DNA of 33,616 bases. It comes from Thermoplasmata archaeon. Its GTDB lineage: Archaea; Thermoplasmatota; Thermoplasmata; Lutacidiplasmatales; UBA184. The stretch is from positions 1 through 33,616 of the forward strand of contig JASHUS010000131.1 in the NCBI GenBank assembly GCA_030039865.1, in the 5' to 3' direction. A model generated the notes under the pieces. The model saw only the letters and a list, made by a program, of their open reading frames with translations, had not been told where the DNA came from and searched no databases. This document shows positions 16,585 to 24,352 of the stretch, one piece after another (within the stretch, counting starts at the first letter, position 1; the number at the start of each line of letters is the position of its first letter). A program made the translations under genes and the position numbers.

Positions 16585-16591
16585 ATATAAA
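16585..16591. promoter_or_regulatory. TATA box (ATATAAA) in the divergent 79-nt region between the DUF998 and methyltransferase genes
   Basis: The only AT-rich element in the spacer. It lies about 34 nt from the GTG at 16622 (+) and about 46 nt from the GTG at 16542 (-). Confidence 0.5.
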
Positions 16592-16621
16592 GGTGGGTTC
16601 TTCAATCGGCACCGGGGGATC

Positions 16622-17542
16622 GTGAACCCGAAGCGTACCCCTCGATCGCCGCCCGCCCATCGGTCGGCCGGCGCGGGCGGGCCGACGGCGCGGGACCGTT
16701 TCCTGCAGGCCGACCGGTACCGGATCGAGCGGGAGTGGCGCCGGTACGAAGGCACGCCGCAGCGCGATCTCTTCCGCATTCTTCGCGAGCGATTCATCGA
16801 GCGTAACGCGAGGAAGTCGACTTGGTCGCTCGACGTCGGATCCGGCCCGGGCCGGTTCACGGGCGCGATCACGGCGGCCGCGGGCCGTACGGTCGCGCTC
16901 GACCTGTCCCACGAAGTGCTCGAACGCTTGGCGGAGAAGTGGGCGCCGCCTCCCGAAGGTCCGCCGTTGCCGGATTGCGTCCGCGCGGACGCGGCGGTCC
17001 CTCCGTTCCGACCGGGTGCGTTCGGGACCGTCGCCGTGCTCGGCAACTCGCTCGGTTTCGCCGCCGGGCGATCGGGCGAACTGTTGGACGCTACAGCCGC
17101 CCTGGTGGGCCCGGGGGGCCATCTAATCCTCGAGATCGCGCCGGGTCCGGGTGAGTCGTCCCGGTATCTCGGTCGGCTTCCGGTCCGAAGCGTGGGCCGG
17201 CTCCTCGCGGCGCCGCCCGCGGCGCTGCTCCCTCGCATCGAGCGAGAAGGGTACCGGCGCGAGCCGCGTCGGAAGGACCGGGACGGCGAGTTCCAGCGAT
17301 GGTCGATCGACCACCTCCGGGAGCGGCTCGCGCCGGCCGGCTGGGAGTTGCTCGAATCGCTCGCCGTGGCTCCCGCGCTCGGCGCGGACGCGGAGCGCGT
17401 CGCCGCTGTGCGATCGAACGATCGCGCGTGGGGGAACCTCCTCGCGGTCGAAGAGGAGCTCGGCCGGCGGGAGTCACGCTGGTCTTCGGCGGCGGCCGTG
17501 CTCGTCGCCCTGCGCCGGGTACCGGTCCAAGCGTACGATTAA
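16622..17542 (+). CDS. Class I SAM-dependent methyltransferase with a C-terminal extension
   Basis: Trimmed to the GTG at 16622. Motif I is LDVGSGPGRF, followed by an acidic post-I residue (ALDLS) and LGNSLGF. About 150 aa after the Rossmann core are unassigned. Confidence 0.7.
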   Translation: MNPKRTPRSPPAHRSAGAGGPTARDRFLQADRYRIEREWRRYEGTPQRDLFRILRERFIERNARKSTWSLDVGSGPGRFTGAITAAAGRTVALDLSHEVLERLAEKWAPPPEGPPLPDCVRADAAVPPFRPGAFGTVAVLGNSLGFAAGRSGELLDATAALVGPGGHLILEIAPGPGESSRYLGRLPVRSVGRLLAAPPAALLPRIEREGYRREPRRKDRDGEFQRWSIDHLRERLAPAGWELLESLAVAPALGADAERVAAVRSNDRAWGNLLAVEEELGRRESRWSSAAAVLVALRRVPVQAYD

Positions 17543-17590
17543 CTAGGCGAGCCGGCGCAGTTCGCGACGGGGGACGATCGGCCGCCGGCG

Positions 17591-20293
17591 GTGACGCTCA
17601 AGACGAAGGCGGGCACCCCCGCTCCGGCGACGCGATCCGTCACGGTCCCAGCGCCCGAGGACCTCGAGCTTGCGAAGGACGACGCCCTGCTCCAGTTGCG
17701 CATCGGTCGGGGCGCCCACCTGTATGCGGTGGTCCTCGCCGCGGCGTTCGCGCTCGACGGCATCCTGCTGCTCCTGTTCTACCCCAACCTCCCCTCCCTG
17801 ACGACTGGCGCGACCGGGACCGCCGCGGTCAGCGAGTCGTTCTACCTTCTCGTACCCGCGCTCGCCGGACTGGCGGTCGCGGGGGTCGGGCTCTACACGA
17901 AGTGGGACACGTACCAGCTCTGGCCCTGGGAACTCCATTTCTCCGTCACGTTCGGCGCGGTCCTTGCGAACGCGGGCCTCGTGCTCGTCTACGGGCTGCG
18001 GATCGCGGGGGTGGGTCCGTTCGCCGCTCTCTCGCTCATGCCGTGGTTCTATCCGGTCGAGCTCGCGGCGATCAGCGCCGCCTTCATCGGAGTGATCCTC
18101 ACCTGGAGCGACTGGGCGCTCCGGCAGTGGGTGAGCGCGCTCGCGGCGGTGCTACCGGTCGCGGCCGCCCTGCTCGTTTTCTTCCCGCCGTCGACCACGA
18201 CCGGCGCCTCGTCGGCCCTGGCCGTGAGCCTCTTCCTCGCGGCGATCCTCTACCTCATCTCGGGATCGTTTCTCCACCTCATCACCTCGGGCACGCGTCC
18301 CCACGAGCGCGCGCTCATCACCTCCGGACAGAGCCGGATGTTCCGGCTCGCGGACGAGATCCGGCAGAAGGAAGAGGTCGTCCACTTCCGCGAGGCGGCG
18401 GTCGTCAAGCGAGAGTCCGACGTCGAGAACAGCCTTCTCTCGATCAAGCGGCAGAACAACGCCCTCCGCGACGGGCGTCAGCAGCTCGATGACCTGGAGG
18501 AAGGCTACCGGCTCCGCTCCGACGCGCTGGTGTCCAAAGAGCGGACCTGGGCCGGACAGATCGCGACGCTCGACGCGCGAGAGCGCCTCCTCTCGGACAA
18601 GTCGAAGGCGCTCGAGCTCCGCGAGCAGGAAGTGCAGCGACTGGTGCCTCAGATCTCCGCCCGCGAGCAGCGTCTGGTCGACCAGGAGGGCCAGCTCACG
18701 GTGCGCGACGTCGACGTGAGCCGACGGGAGCAGGAGTTGGGCCCGCGGGAGCTGTCGATCTCCGAGGCCGAGCGTCGTGCGGAGGCACGACGGCGGGAGC
18801 TCGATCAGCGGACGGAGGAATTGCTGCGCCGGGAAGGGGAGGTCGCGGCGGGCGCCGCGAGCGTGGCCGGCGCGGTCGCGACCGCGGACCTCGCCGCTCG
18901 CGAGGCCCAGCTCCGGCAGCTCGAAACGACCCTCGACGACCAGAACGCCCGATTGGGCGCCACGGCGCGCCAGATCGCCGAGCGCTCCAAGGCGGCGGAC
19001 GCATCCGTCCAGCGTGCCACCCTCCGCGAGGCCGCGGCCGCCGCGCGCGAGGCCGGGGTCGCCCAACGCGAGGCCGAGCTGGCCGATCTCCTGGTCGCGG
19101 CGGACGCGCGTCGCACCGAGTACGAAGGGGCGACGCGGGACTACCAATCTCGTCTCGCGAGCCTCGGGAGCCAAGAGGCCGAGGTCGCCCGCCGGGGCGC
19201 GGACGCCGAGCGCGCGACCCGGGGTCTCGCCCAACGGGAAGCGACCCTGGCGACGCGGGAGGAGCAGGTCCGCTCCTACACCCTCGCGCTCGATCAGCGC
19301 GAGGGGGAGCTCACCGCGCGGGAGCGAGCGATCGAGGCGACCGAGGCCGAGGTCAATCTCCGGCGGCAGGAGGCCCTCCGAGGGGCCGATCTTCCGATGG
19401 CCGGACTCGCCGCCATGGCGTATGCCGCTCGCCTGGACGCACCCATGGCCTCGGCCGCTCGTCCGGCCGTGAGGACCCCGGTGACGGAGACGATCGACGT
19501 ACCGCCCCCCGCGCTCCCCGCGGAATCGACCCATCGGAGCGAAACCCTCACGCTACCGGCGAACCGGAGATTCGCGGATCGTCTACCGACCGGCACGCCA
19601 CGCCTCGACGACCTTCTGCTCGGCGGGCTGCCCGTCGGCGCGCAGGCCGCGATCGTGGGCGACACCTTCGTCGGGAAGGAAGTGGCGATCTACGCCTTCC
19701 TCGCGGAGGGCCTCAAGCGCGGCGAACCGGCGGTCATCGTCACGGCGTCGCGCTCGCCGGCCGAGATCTCCGAGAGCCTCGGCGTGGCCCTGCCGCAGTT
19801 CCGCGAGTACGAGCAGCTCGGGATGGTGCACTGGGTCGACGCGTCGGCGAGCGGCCCCGCGTCGGGCCCGAACCGGATCGTGGTGAATGGACCGGGAGAT
19901 CGGGCGGGCATCGCCAACGCACTCGGGGCGATCGCGAAGGATGGGGCCGAGGGCGAGAACCCTCCGCCGCGCGTAGCGTTCCTGGGCCTCGCGTCGACGA
20001 TCGGTCACGGCGAGGAGCGAGAGGGACTCTCGTTCCTTCAGAGCGTCGTCGGGACCCTCAAGACCCGGCGGAGCCTGGCGATGTACTCGCTCGAGCCCGG
20101 CGCCTTGTCCGAGGCGCAGGTCGAGACTCTCCTCGGCCGCATGGACGGGGCGATCGTGTTCCGTCAGGACCGGGATCGGACGTTCCTCTCGGTCAAGGGA
20201 TTCGGCGACGTGCAGACCCACGACTGGGTCGAGTGCCGCGCGACGCAACGCGCCCTGATCATCGGCTCGTTCGCGCTGGAACGGATCCGCTAG
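17591..20293 (+). CDS. Polytopic membrane domain + ~350-aa coiled coil + C-terminal degenerate KaiC/ArlH(FlaH)-like RecA-fold domain
   Basis: 900 aa with a GTG start. Hydrophobic helices span aa ~45-245. A charged heptad-like region spans aa 250-~598. The C-terminus reads LPTGTPRLDDLLLGGLPVGAQAAIVGDTFVGKEVAIYAFLAEGLKRGEPAVIVTASRSPAEI...TFLSVKGFGDV. Confidence 0.8.
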   Translation: MTLKTKAGTPAPATRSVTVPAPEDLELAKDDALLQLRIGRGAHLYAVVLAAAFALDGILLLLFYPNLPSLTTGATGTAAVSESFYLLVPALAGLAVAGVGLYTKWDTYQLWPWELHFSVTFGAVLANAGLVLVYGLRIAGVGPFAALSLMPWFYPVELAAISAAFIGVILTWSDWALRQWVSALAAVLPVAAALLVFFPPSTTTGASSALAVSLFLAAILYLISGSFLHLITSGTRPHERALITSGQSRMFRLADEIRQKEEVVHFREAAVVKRESDVENSLLSIKRQNNALRDGRQQLDDLEEGYRLRSDALVSKERTWAGQIATLDARERLLSDKSKALELREQEVQRLVPQISAREQRLVDQEGQLTVRDVDVSRREQELGPRELSISEAERRAEARRRELDQRTEELLRREGEVAAGAASVAGAVATADLAAREAQLRQLETTLDDQNARLGATARQIAERSKAADASVQRATLREAAAAAREAGVAQREAELADLLVAADARRTEYEGATRDYQSRLASLGSQEAEVARRGADAERATRGLAQREATLATREEQVRSYTLALDQREGELTARERAIEATEAEVNLRRQEALRGADLPMAGLAAMAYAARLDAPMASAARPAVRTPVTETIDVPPPALPAESTHRSETLTLPANRRFADRLPTGTPRLDDLLLGGLPVGAQAAIVGDTFVGKEVAIYAFLAEGLKRGEPAVIVTASRSPAEISESLGVALPQFREYEQLGMVHWVDASASGPASGPNRIVVNGPGDRAGIANALGAIAKDGAEGENPPPRVAFLGLASTIGHGEEREGLSFLQSVVGTLKTRRSLAMYSLEPGALSEAQVETLLGRMDGAIVFRQDRDRTFLSVKGFGDVQTHDWVECRATQRALIIGSFALERIR

Positions 20294-21284
20294 CCCCGAC
20301 CGTCGGGAGCGGTTCGTACTCGCGCCGGTCGACGGGGTAGAGTGGGGTCTCGCCCCGGAAGAACCGCGCCACGTTATCGAGCGCCGAGCGGAGGGCGTGG
20401 TCCTGGGTCGCCGGACCGAAGCCCGCGTTGTGCGGCGTTCCGAGGAAGTTCGGAAGGTCGATCAACGGGAACTGAGTCGTGAAGGTCCCCTGCGCGAAGT
20501 CCTCCTCCCACCAGGGATCGAAGGCGGCCCGGAATTCGGGGTGGTCCCGAAGGTGGTGGTACAACGCCTCCTCGTCCGCCGTGGCGGCCCGGCCCACGTT
20601 GATGTAGATGCCCCGCGACGGCATCGCCGTCAGTTCGGCGGCCCCGATGCTCCGGTCGGTCGACCGCGTGTGCGGGCGCGCGTCGAACACGACGTCGCCC
20701 TCCGCCAGCGCCTCCTGCAGGTTCTCCGCGGCGTACATCGCGGCCACGCCCGGCGCGGCCTCGCCGGACCGGTTGAGGCCGATCACGCGCATGCCCAAAC
20801 CCTCCGCCCGGCGGGCGATCTCCCGGCCGATCGCCCCATAACCGAGGATGAGCGCGGTTCGACCGACGAGGAGTCGGATGTCCGGCGGTGGCCGGAGCCG
20901 GTGCGCGTGCATCTGGACCTGAACGGGAACGATGGATCGCGCCGAAGCGAGCGCGAGCGCGATGGCGTGCTCGGCCACGAACGGCGCATACGCGCCGACG
21001 TTCGCCGAGATCTGGATTGGGTCCGGAAACCGTTCGAACGGGAAACGGTCCGCGCCGGTATAGATTAACTGGACCCAGCGGAGGCGCGGGGCCTCCCGGG
21101 CGTCGAACGAACCCAATTCCCGGTCGACCGATCCGACGAGCATCGCCTCGACGCTTCCCCAGTCGGACGCCGAGGACTCGGAGGTGAACCCCCAGGGAAG
21201 TCCCGGGAGGACCTCCCGGATCGTGGCCAGTGTCTCGGCGGCGGGCTTGAGCGCGATCGCAAGTCGGAGCGGTGCCGAGGGCAC
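20259..21284 (-). CDS. D-isomer-specific 2-hydroxyacid dehydrogenase family protein (NAD-binding)
   Basis: GYGAIGREIARRAEGLGMRVIG dinucleotide fold, NVGRA (catalytic Arg) and GTPHNAG (catalytic His). The 3' end overlaps the convergent 900-aa gene by 35 nt. Confidence 0.85.
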   Translation of the reverse strand: MPSAPLRLAIALKPAAETLATIREVLPGLPWGFTSESSASDWGSVEAMLVGSVDRELGSFDAREAPRLRWVQLIYTGADRFPFERFPDPIQISANVGAYAPFVAEHAIALALASARSIVPVQVQMHAHRLRPPPDIRLLVGRTALILGYGAIGREIARRAEGLGMRVIGLNRSGEAAPGVAAMYAAENLQEALAEGDVVFDARPHTRSTDRSIGAAELTAMPSRGIYINVGRAATADEEALYHHLRDHPEFRAAFDPWWEEDFAQGTFTTQFPLIDLPNFLGTPHNAGFGPATQDHALRSALDNVARFFRGETPLYPVDRREYEPLPTVGASGSVPARTSR

Positions 21285-21414
21285 GGCGCGTCCAGCTCCT
21301 CGGACCTCAAGGGGTTCGCGGTCGGGTCCGGGCGGTCCCTGTCGGGCCGCGCCGGCGCGCCCCGGGTCGAAGGTATGTGCCGCGGGGCTCTGCCCGTCGG
21401 ACTCGTTGCCCGCC

Positions 21415-22191
21415 GTGACGTTCGACTTGTGGCATACGCTCTGTTACCTCGAGCCGGCGGCCGAGGAGACGTACATGGAGCGCCAGGCGGCCGCGGCGTG
21501 CGACACGATCATCGAGTCTCCTCGGAAGCCCGGTGCCGGCTATCTGGCCTCGGACGAAATCGGGCGTCTATTCGATCGGGAGCTCGCCGGCGCCGTCGCG
21601 GCGGCGGGCGAGGGCCGGACCGTGACGCCCTTGGAACAGTTCCGGGCGACCGCGGAGGCGGCCGGGCGCGAACCGATCTTCGAGGCGTATCTGGATCGCC
21701 TCGGGCGGGTCGTTCGAGAGACGCCCTTCGTTCTGGCCCCCGGCGCGCTCGAGCTTCTGCAGGGCCTGCGAGAACAGGGGTATCGACTCGCGCTCATCTC
21801 GAACACGATCGGCGAGCCGGGCGACCTCCTGCGACCGGTGCTGCGCGAGCTGAAGCTCGATCCGTACTTCGACGCCGAGCTGTTCAGCGACGAGCATCCC
21901 TGGGCGAAGCCCGCGCCCGAGATCTTTCGGGCCGCCCTCGACCGTTTGGGGGAGAGCCCCTCCGAGGCCGTGCACGTGGGGGACGGTTGGTCCGACATGG
22001 AAGGGGCTCGACGGGCCGGCTTCCGCGGATCGATCCTGTTCACCGGTCTGCGGAACTACGGGACACGATACCGGTCGCTCTTCGTCGCCGCGGGCTGGGA
22101 CCCGGCCGACGAGCCGCACCCCGCCGCGGCGATGGAGGACGTGGGCCGCAGGATCTCGGAGCTCGTTCCGGTCCGTCCGAAGTCCCACTGA
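21415..22191 (+). CDS. HAD-superfamily hydrolase, subfamily IA-like
   Basis: Trimmed to the GTG at 21415 (TTG at 21405 is also possible). Motif I is FDLWHTL, motif II LISNT, motif III WAKPAPEIF and motif IV VGDGWSDMEGA. Confidence 0.75.
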   Translation: MTFDLWHTLCYLEPAAEETYMERQAAAACDTIIESPRKPGAGYLASDEIGRLFDRELAGAVAAAGEGRTVTPLEQFRATAEAAGREPIFEAYLDRLGRVVRETPFVLAPGALELLQGLREQGYRLALISNTIGEPGDLLRPVLRELKLDPYFDAELFSDEHPWAKPAPEIFRAALDRLGESPSEAVHVGDGWSDMEGARRAGFRGSILFTGLRNYGTRYRSLFVAAGWDPADEPHPAAAMEDVGRRISELVPVRPKSH

Positions 22192-22200
22192 ACCGGCCCG

Positions 22201-22476
22201 TCACTCCTCGCCCATGTGGCGAGGCTTCGGGATGACCTTCGGCTGATCCGCGTCGGTCGGCATCCCGGTCTTGCCCGGGACGATGTCACAGTCCCGCCAG
22301 CTGACCCCGACCGTGACCCGCGGGAAGGCGACTTTCAGCGTATAGTTCGCCAGCTTGCCGACCACGAGCCCCTGCGCCCCGACGACGAGGTTCGGGTTCA
22401 TCACCGAAAGGTCCCGCGTAAGGATCACCCGGGTCTGGTTGAACGCGATCTTCTCGAGTTCGGCCCGGTCCTCCAT
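22201..22476 (-). CDS. Small hypothetical protein (91 aa from the ATG at 22476; the track start at 22539 is less likely)
   Basis: MEDRAELEKIAFNQTRVILTRDLSVMNPNLVVGAQGLVVGKLANYTLKVAFPRVTV... has good G/C third positions. The 21 codons upstream contain tta and several A/T-ending codons. Confidence 0.5.
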   Translation of the reverse strand: MEDRAELEKIAFNQTRVILTRDLSVMNPNLVVGAQGLVVGKLANYTLKVAFPRVTVGVSWRDCDIVPGKTGMPTDADQPKVIPKPRHMGEE

Positions 22477-22596
22477 CCCCGTACGGAGGGGGCGCGAGGT
22501 CCATAACGGTGCCCCCGGACCGAGCCGGGGACGTTCCAAGTCTACTTCGGACGCGCAAGGACCGCCGAGGGCGGGCGGGCGAGTCGGTATTGGTCA

Positions 22597-22604
22597 TTTA
22601 AATA
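22597..22604. promoter_or_regulatory. Palindromic TATA box (TTTAAATA) between divergent genes
   Basis: Centred about 29 nt upstream of the ATG at 22630 (+). It may also serve the minus-strand small gene. Confidence 0.55.
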
Positions 22605-22629
22605 GCAGGACTACGTGAGCCGCCGTAGC

Positions 22630-23295
22630 ATGCCAGCGTCTGGTGCGACGATGGAATCGGCGAGAGGTATGGAGGAGGCTCCTCCGAAAATGGAGGAGAA
22701 GCCGGAGTGGTGGGCGAGCCCGGCCGTGGTGGGGCTGATGGGTTTCGGGACGACGACGATGATCGCCGGCCTGAGCAACCTGCCGACCCCCTACAGCAGC
22801 GGGTTCGCGAACAACTGGGTCGTTTTTGGTATGGCCCTCGCGTTCGGAGGGACCGCGCAGTTCGTCGCGGGCCTGATCGCACTGCGTAAGGGGAACATGT
22901 TCGCCGGCTCGGCCTTCGTGGGATACGGGTCGTTCTGGTGGGCGTTCGTGCTGATGCTCTGGACGTTCTCGGCCGGTGCCGGTACCGGTACGCCGATATT
23001 GTACGGGATCGCCGGATTCGCGTTCATCTGGTTCCTGTTCACGTTGACGTTCCTGATCAACGCGCCCAAGCACGGATGGGGAGTCTTCCTGGTCTTCCTG
23101 TTCCTGACGATCGCGTTCCTGCTCCTGACCGTCAAGTTCTACAGCCTCGCGTCGGGCAGCACGACCTTCGCCGCGAACGCCTCGGCCAACTGGGCGGTCG
23201 GCGGGGAGATCATCTTCGACGGGTTCCTGGCCTGGTACGTCGCGACGGCGGACCTGACCGAGTGGAACTACGGTAAGAAGATCCTGCCCCACTAG
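22630..23295 (+). CDS. GPR1/FUN34/YaaH (SatP/AceTr) family acetate/succinate channel
   Basis: Six TM helices and the family N-terminal motif variant SPAVVGLMGFGTTTM. FGGTAQFVAGL and YGSFWW segments are present. The ATG at 22630 is preferred over the GTG at 22615 because of the TATA spacing. Confidence 0.85.
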   Translation: MPASGATMESARGMEEAPPKMEEKPEWWASPAVVGLMGFGTTTMIAGLSNLPTPYSSGFANNWVVFGMALAFGGTAQFVAGLIALRKGNMFAGSAFVGYGSFWWAFVLMLWTFSAGAGTGTPILYGIAGFAFIWFLFTLTFLINAPKHGWGVFLVFLFLTIAFLLLTVKFYSLASGSTTFAANASANWAVGGEIIFDGFLAWYVATADLTEWNYGKKILPH

Positions 23296-23318
23296 GTCGG
23301 ATCCGGGACCGGAGCCAA

Positions 23319-23342
23319 CCCCTTCTTCCCTTCCCTTTTTCC
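23319..23342 (+). terminator. Pyrimidine/oligo-T tract (CCCCTTCTTCCCTTCCCTTTTTCC) 24 nt after the SatP stop. Candidate archaeal terminator.
   Basis: The tract is read directly, with a T5 run at 23336-23340. Archaeal intrinsic termination typically uses T-runs. Confidence 0.4.
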
Positions 23343-23390
23343 GAGTTGCTCGCGCGGCCAGACGGCGCGGGCGTTCGGCCGACGGTTCGG

Positions 23391-24104
23391 CTACTCTTCG
23401 CGGGGACGCCGACGTCGGGGCCGCTCGTCGTCATCCTCGGAGCGGTCGCGTCGGTTCCGGTCGGGGTACGCACGGCGCGTGCCCCCCGGGCGGCCCCGGA
23501 ACGGAGGGCGCGAACTTCCGCCTCCCCGGTAGTCCCGGCGGCCCTGGAAGCTCGGCCGGCCACCGTAGCGGGGGCGGGCTCCGGGTCCCTCGCGGGGGGG
23601 AAGGGTGAACCGGTTGCCGCACGAGTCGCACTCCCCGACGAGGACGCCATCGTCGCCCGTCGTGAACCGCAGCGGCGCGCCGCACTTCCGGCACGGTCGG
23701 CTCCGGGGGCCCCCTTCGGCGGAGGCGGGAGCTCGATCGCGCGGCGTGAACCGGGGTCGCTCCTCCCGAGACCGCTCGGCCCCTTCCGGACGGTAGACCA
23801 CAGTGGATTCGCAGTCCGTGCAGACGGCCAGGACCGTCCCGTTCCGACCCGCGCGGAACGCGACCGGAGCGCCGCACTCCTCGCACTCGGGCGCGTCGGC
23901 CCCGGACTCGCCGGCGACGATCACGGGTGCGCCGACCGTCGTGGCACCCCCGGGCTCCACGGTAACGGGCAGGTGCCCGGCGAGCGTCGAGCCTTCCACG
24001 TAGGCGAACTCCTTCGCGCAGGAGGGACAGGTCCCCGTTCGTAGAACGACGGCCCGTTCCGTGAACTCCATCTCGGACCCGCAGGCCGGGCAGGAAGCGG
24101 TCAT
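23391..24104 (-). CDS. Triple zinc-ribbon protein with an Arg/Gly-rich (RGG-like) and acidic C-terminal tail
   Basis: From the ATG at 24104 (alternatives: ATG at 24116, TTG at 24224). It has three CxxCG...CxxC modules (CPACG..CPSC, CEECG..CTDC, CRKCG..CDSCG). The tail reads RPRYGGRPSFQGRRDYRGGGSSRPPFRGRPGGTRRAYPDRNRRDRSEDDDERPRRRRPREE. Confidence 0.7.
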   Translation of the reverse strand: MTASCPACGSEMEFTERAVVLRTGTCPSCAKEFAYVEGSTLAGHLPVTVEPGGATTVGAPVIVAGESGADAPECEECGAPVAFRAGRNGTVLAVCTDCESTVVYRPEGAERSREERPRFTPRDRAPASAEGGPRSRPCRKCGAPLRFTTGDDGVLVGECDSCGNRFTLPPREGPGARPRYGGRPSFQGRRDYRGGGSSRPPFRGRPGGTRRAYPDRNRRDRSEDDDERPRRRRPREE

Positions 24105-24352
24105 GATCGCAGGCATCAGCCCGGCGGGGCAGATTAGCTCAAGCCTTCGATTCGGGGCGGGGGATCCCGGACCCCATCCGCCCCGGTCGGCCGAGTGTGA
24201 CCGATCGCTGACGAGTCCGGTCAATATGCCGTGGCGGTGGGTTCGGCGCTCGAGGCGCTTTCGATGGACCCGGTACGCGTCGGGCCGCGGGGCGAGAATC
24301 GTCCGGAGACGCGCCGGCCGCTCGCTCCGCCCTCCGGTCCATCTCGTACGTT

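Noticed and set aside
15799-17238. Over-extended N-termini in the track for several genes: 15799..17238, 16391..17542, 21184..22191, 24907..26238, 26249..27643, 26956..27984, 29409..30815 and 13411..15591
   Set aside because: In each case the upstream part is low-complexity and overlaps a neighbouring gene or a promoter element. A start codon (ATG or GTG) sits immediately before the recognisable domain, often with ATGA coupling or TATA-consistent spacing. I report trimmed coordinates instead.
18338-19385. A possible DNA-level tandem repeat underlying the coiled-coil region
   Set aside because: I found only amino-acid-level periodicity (RE-x-EL motifs at irregular 20-35-residue spacing). I saw no exact or near-exact nucleotide repeat units, so it is not a repeat feature.
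20259-20293. A 35-nt convergent overlap of the 3' ends of the 900-aa gene and the dehydrogenase gene
   Set aside because: This is probably genuine but unremarkable. The last codons of the dehydrogenase show weaker codon bias, and convergent overlaps are common in compact genomes.
24154-24184. A GC-rich hairpin (GGGGCGG...CCGCCCC) in the 248-nt divergent spacer between the zinc-ribbon gene and the ABC-2 operon. I considered a tRNA or small RNA.
   Set aside because: There is no T-loop (GTTCRANYC) and no cloverleaf-compatible arms. The stem has a bulge and sits in what is probably promoter or 5' UTR space. Short GC stems are frequent at this base composition.
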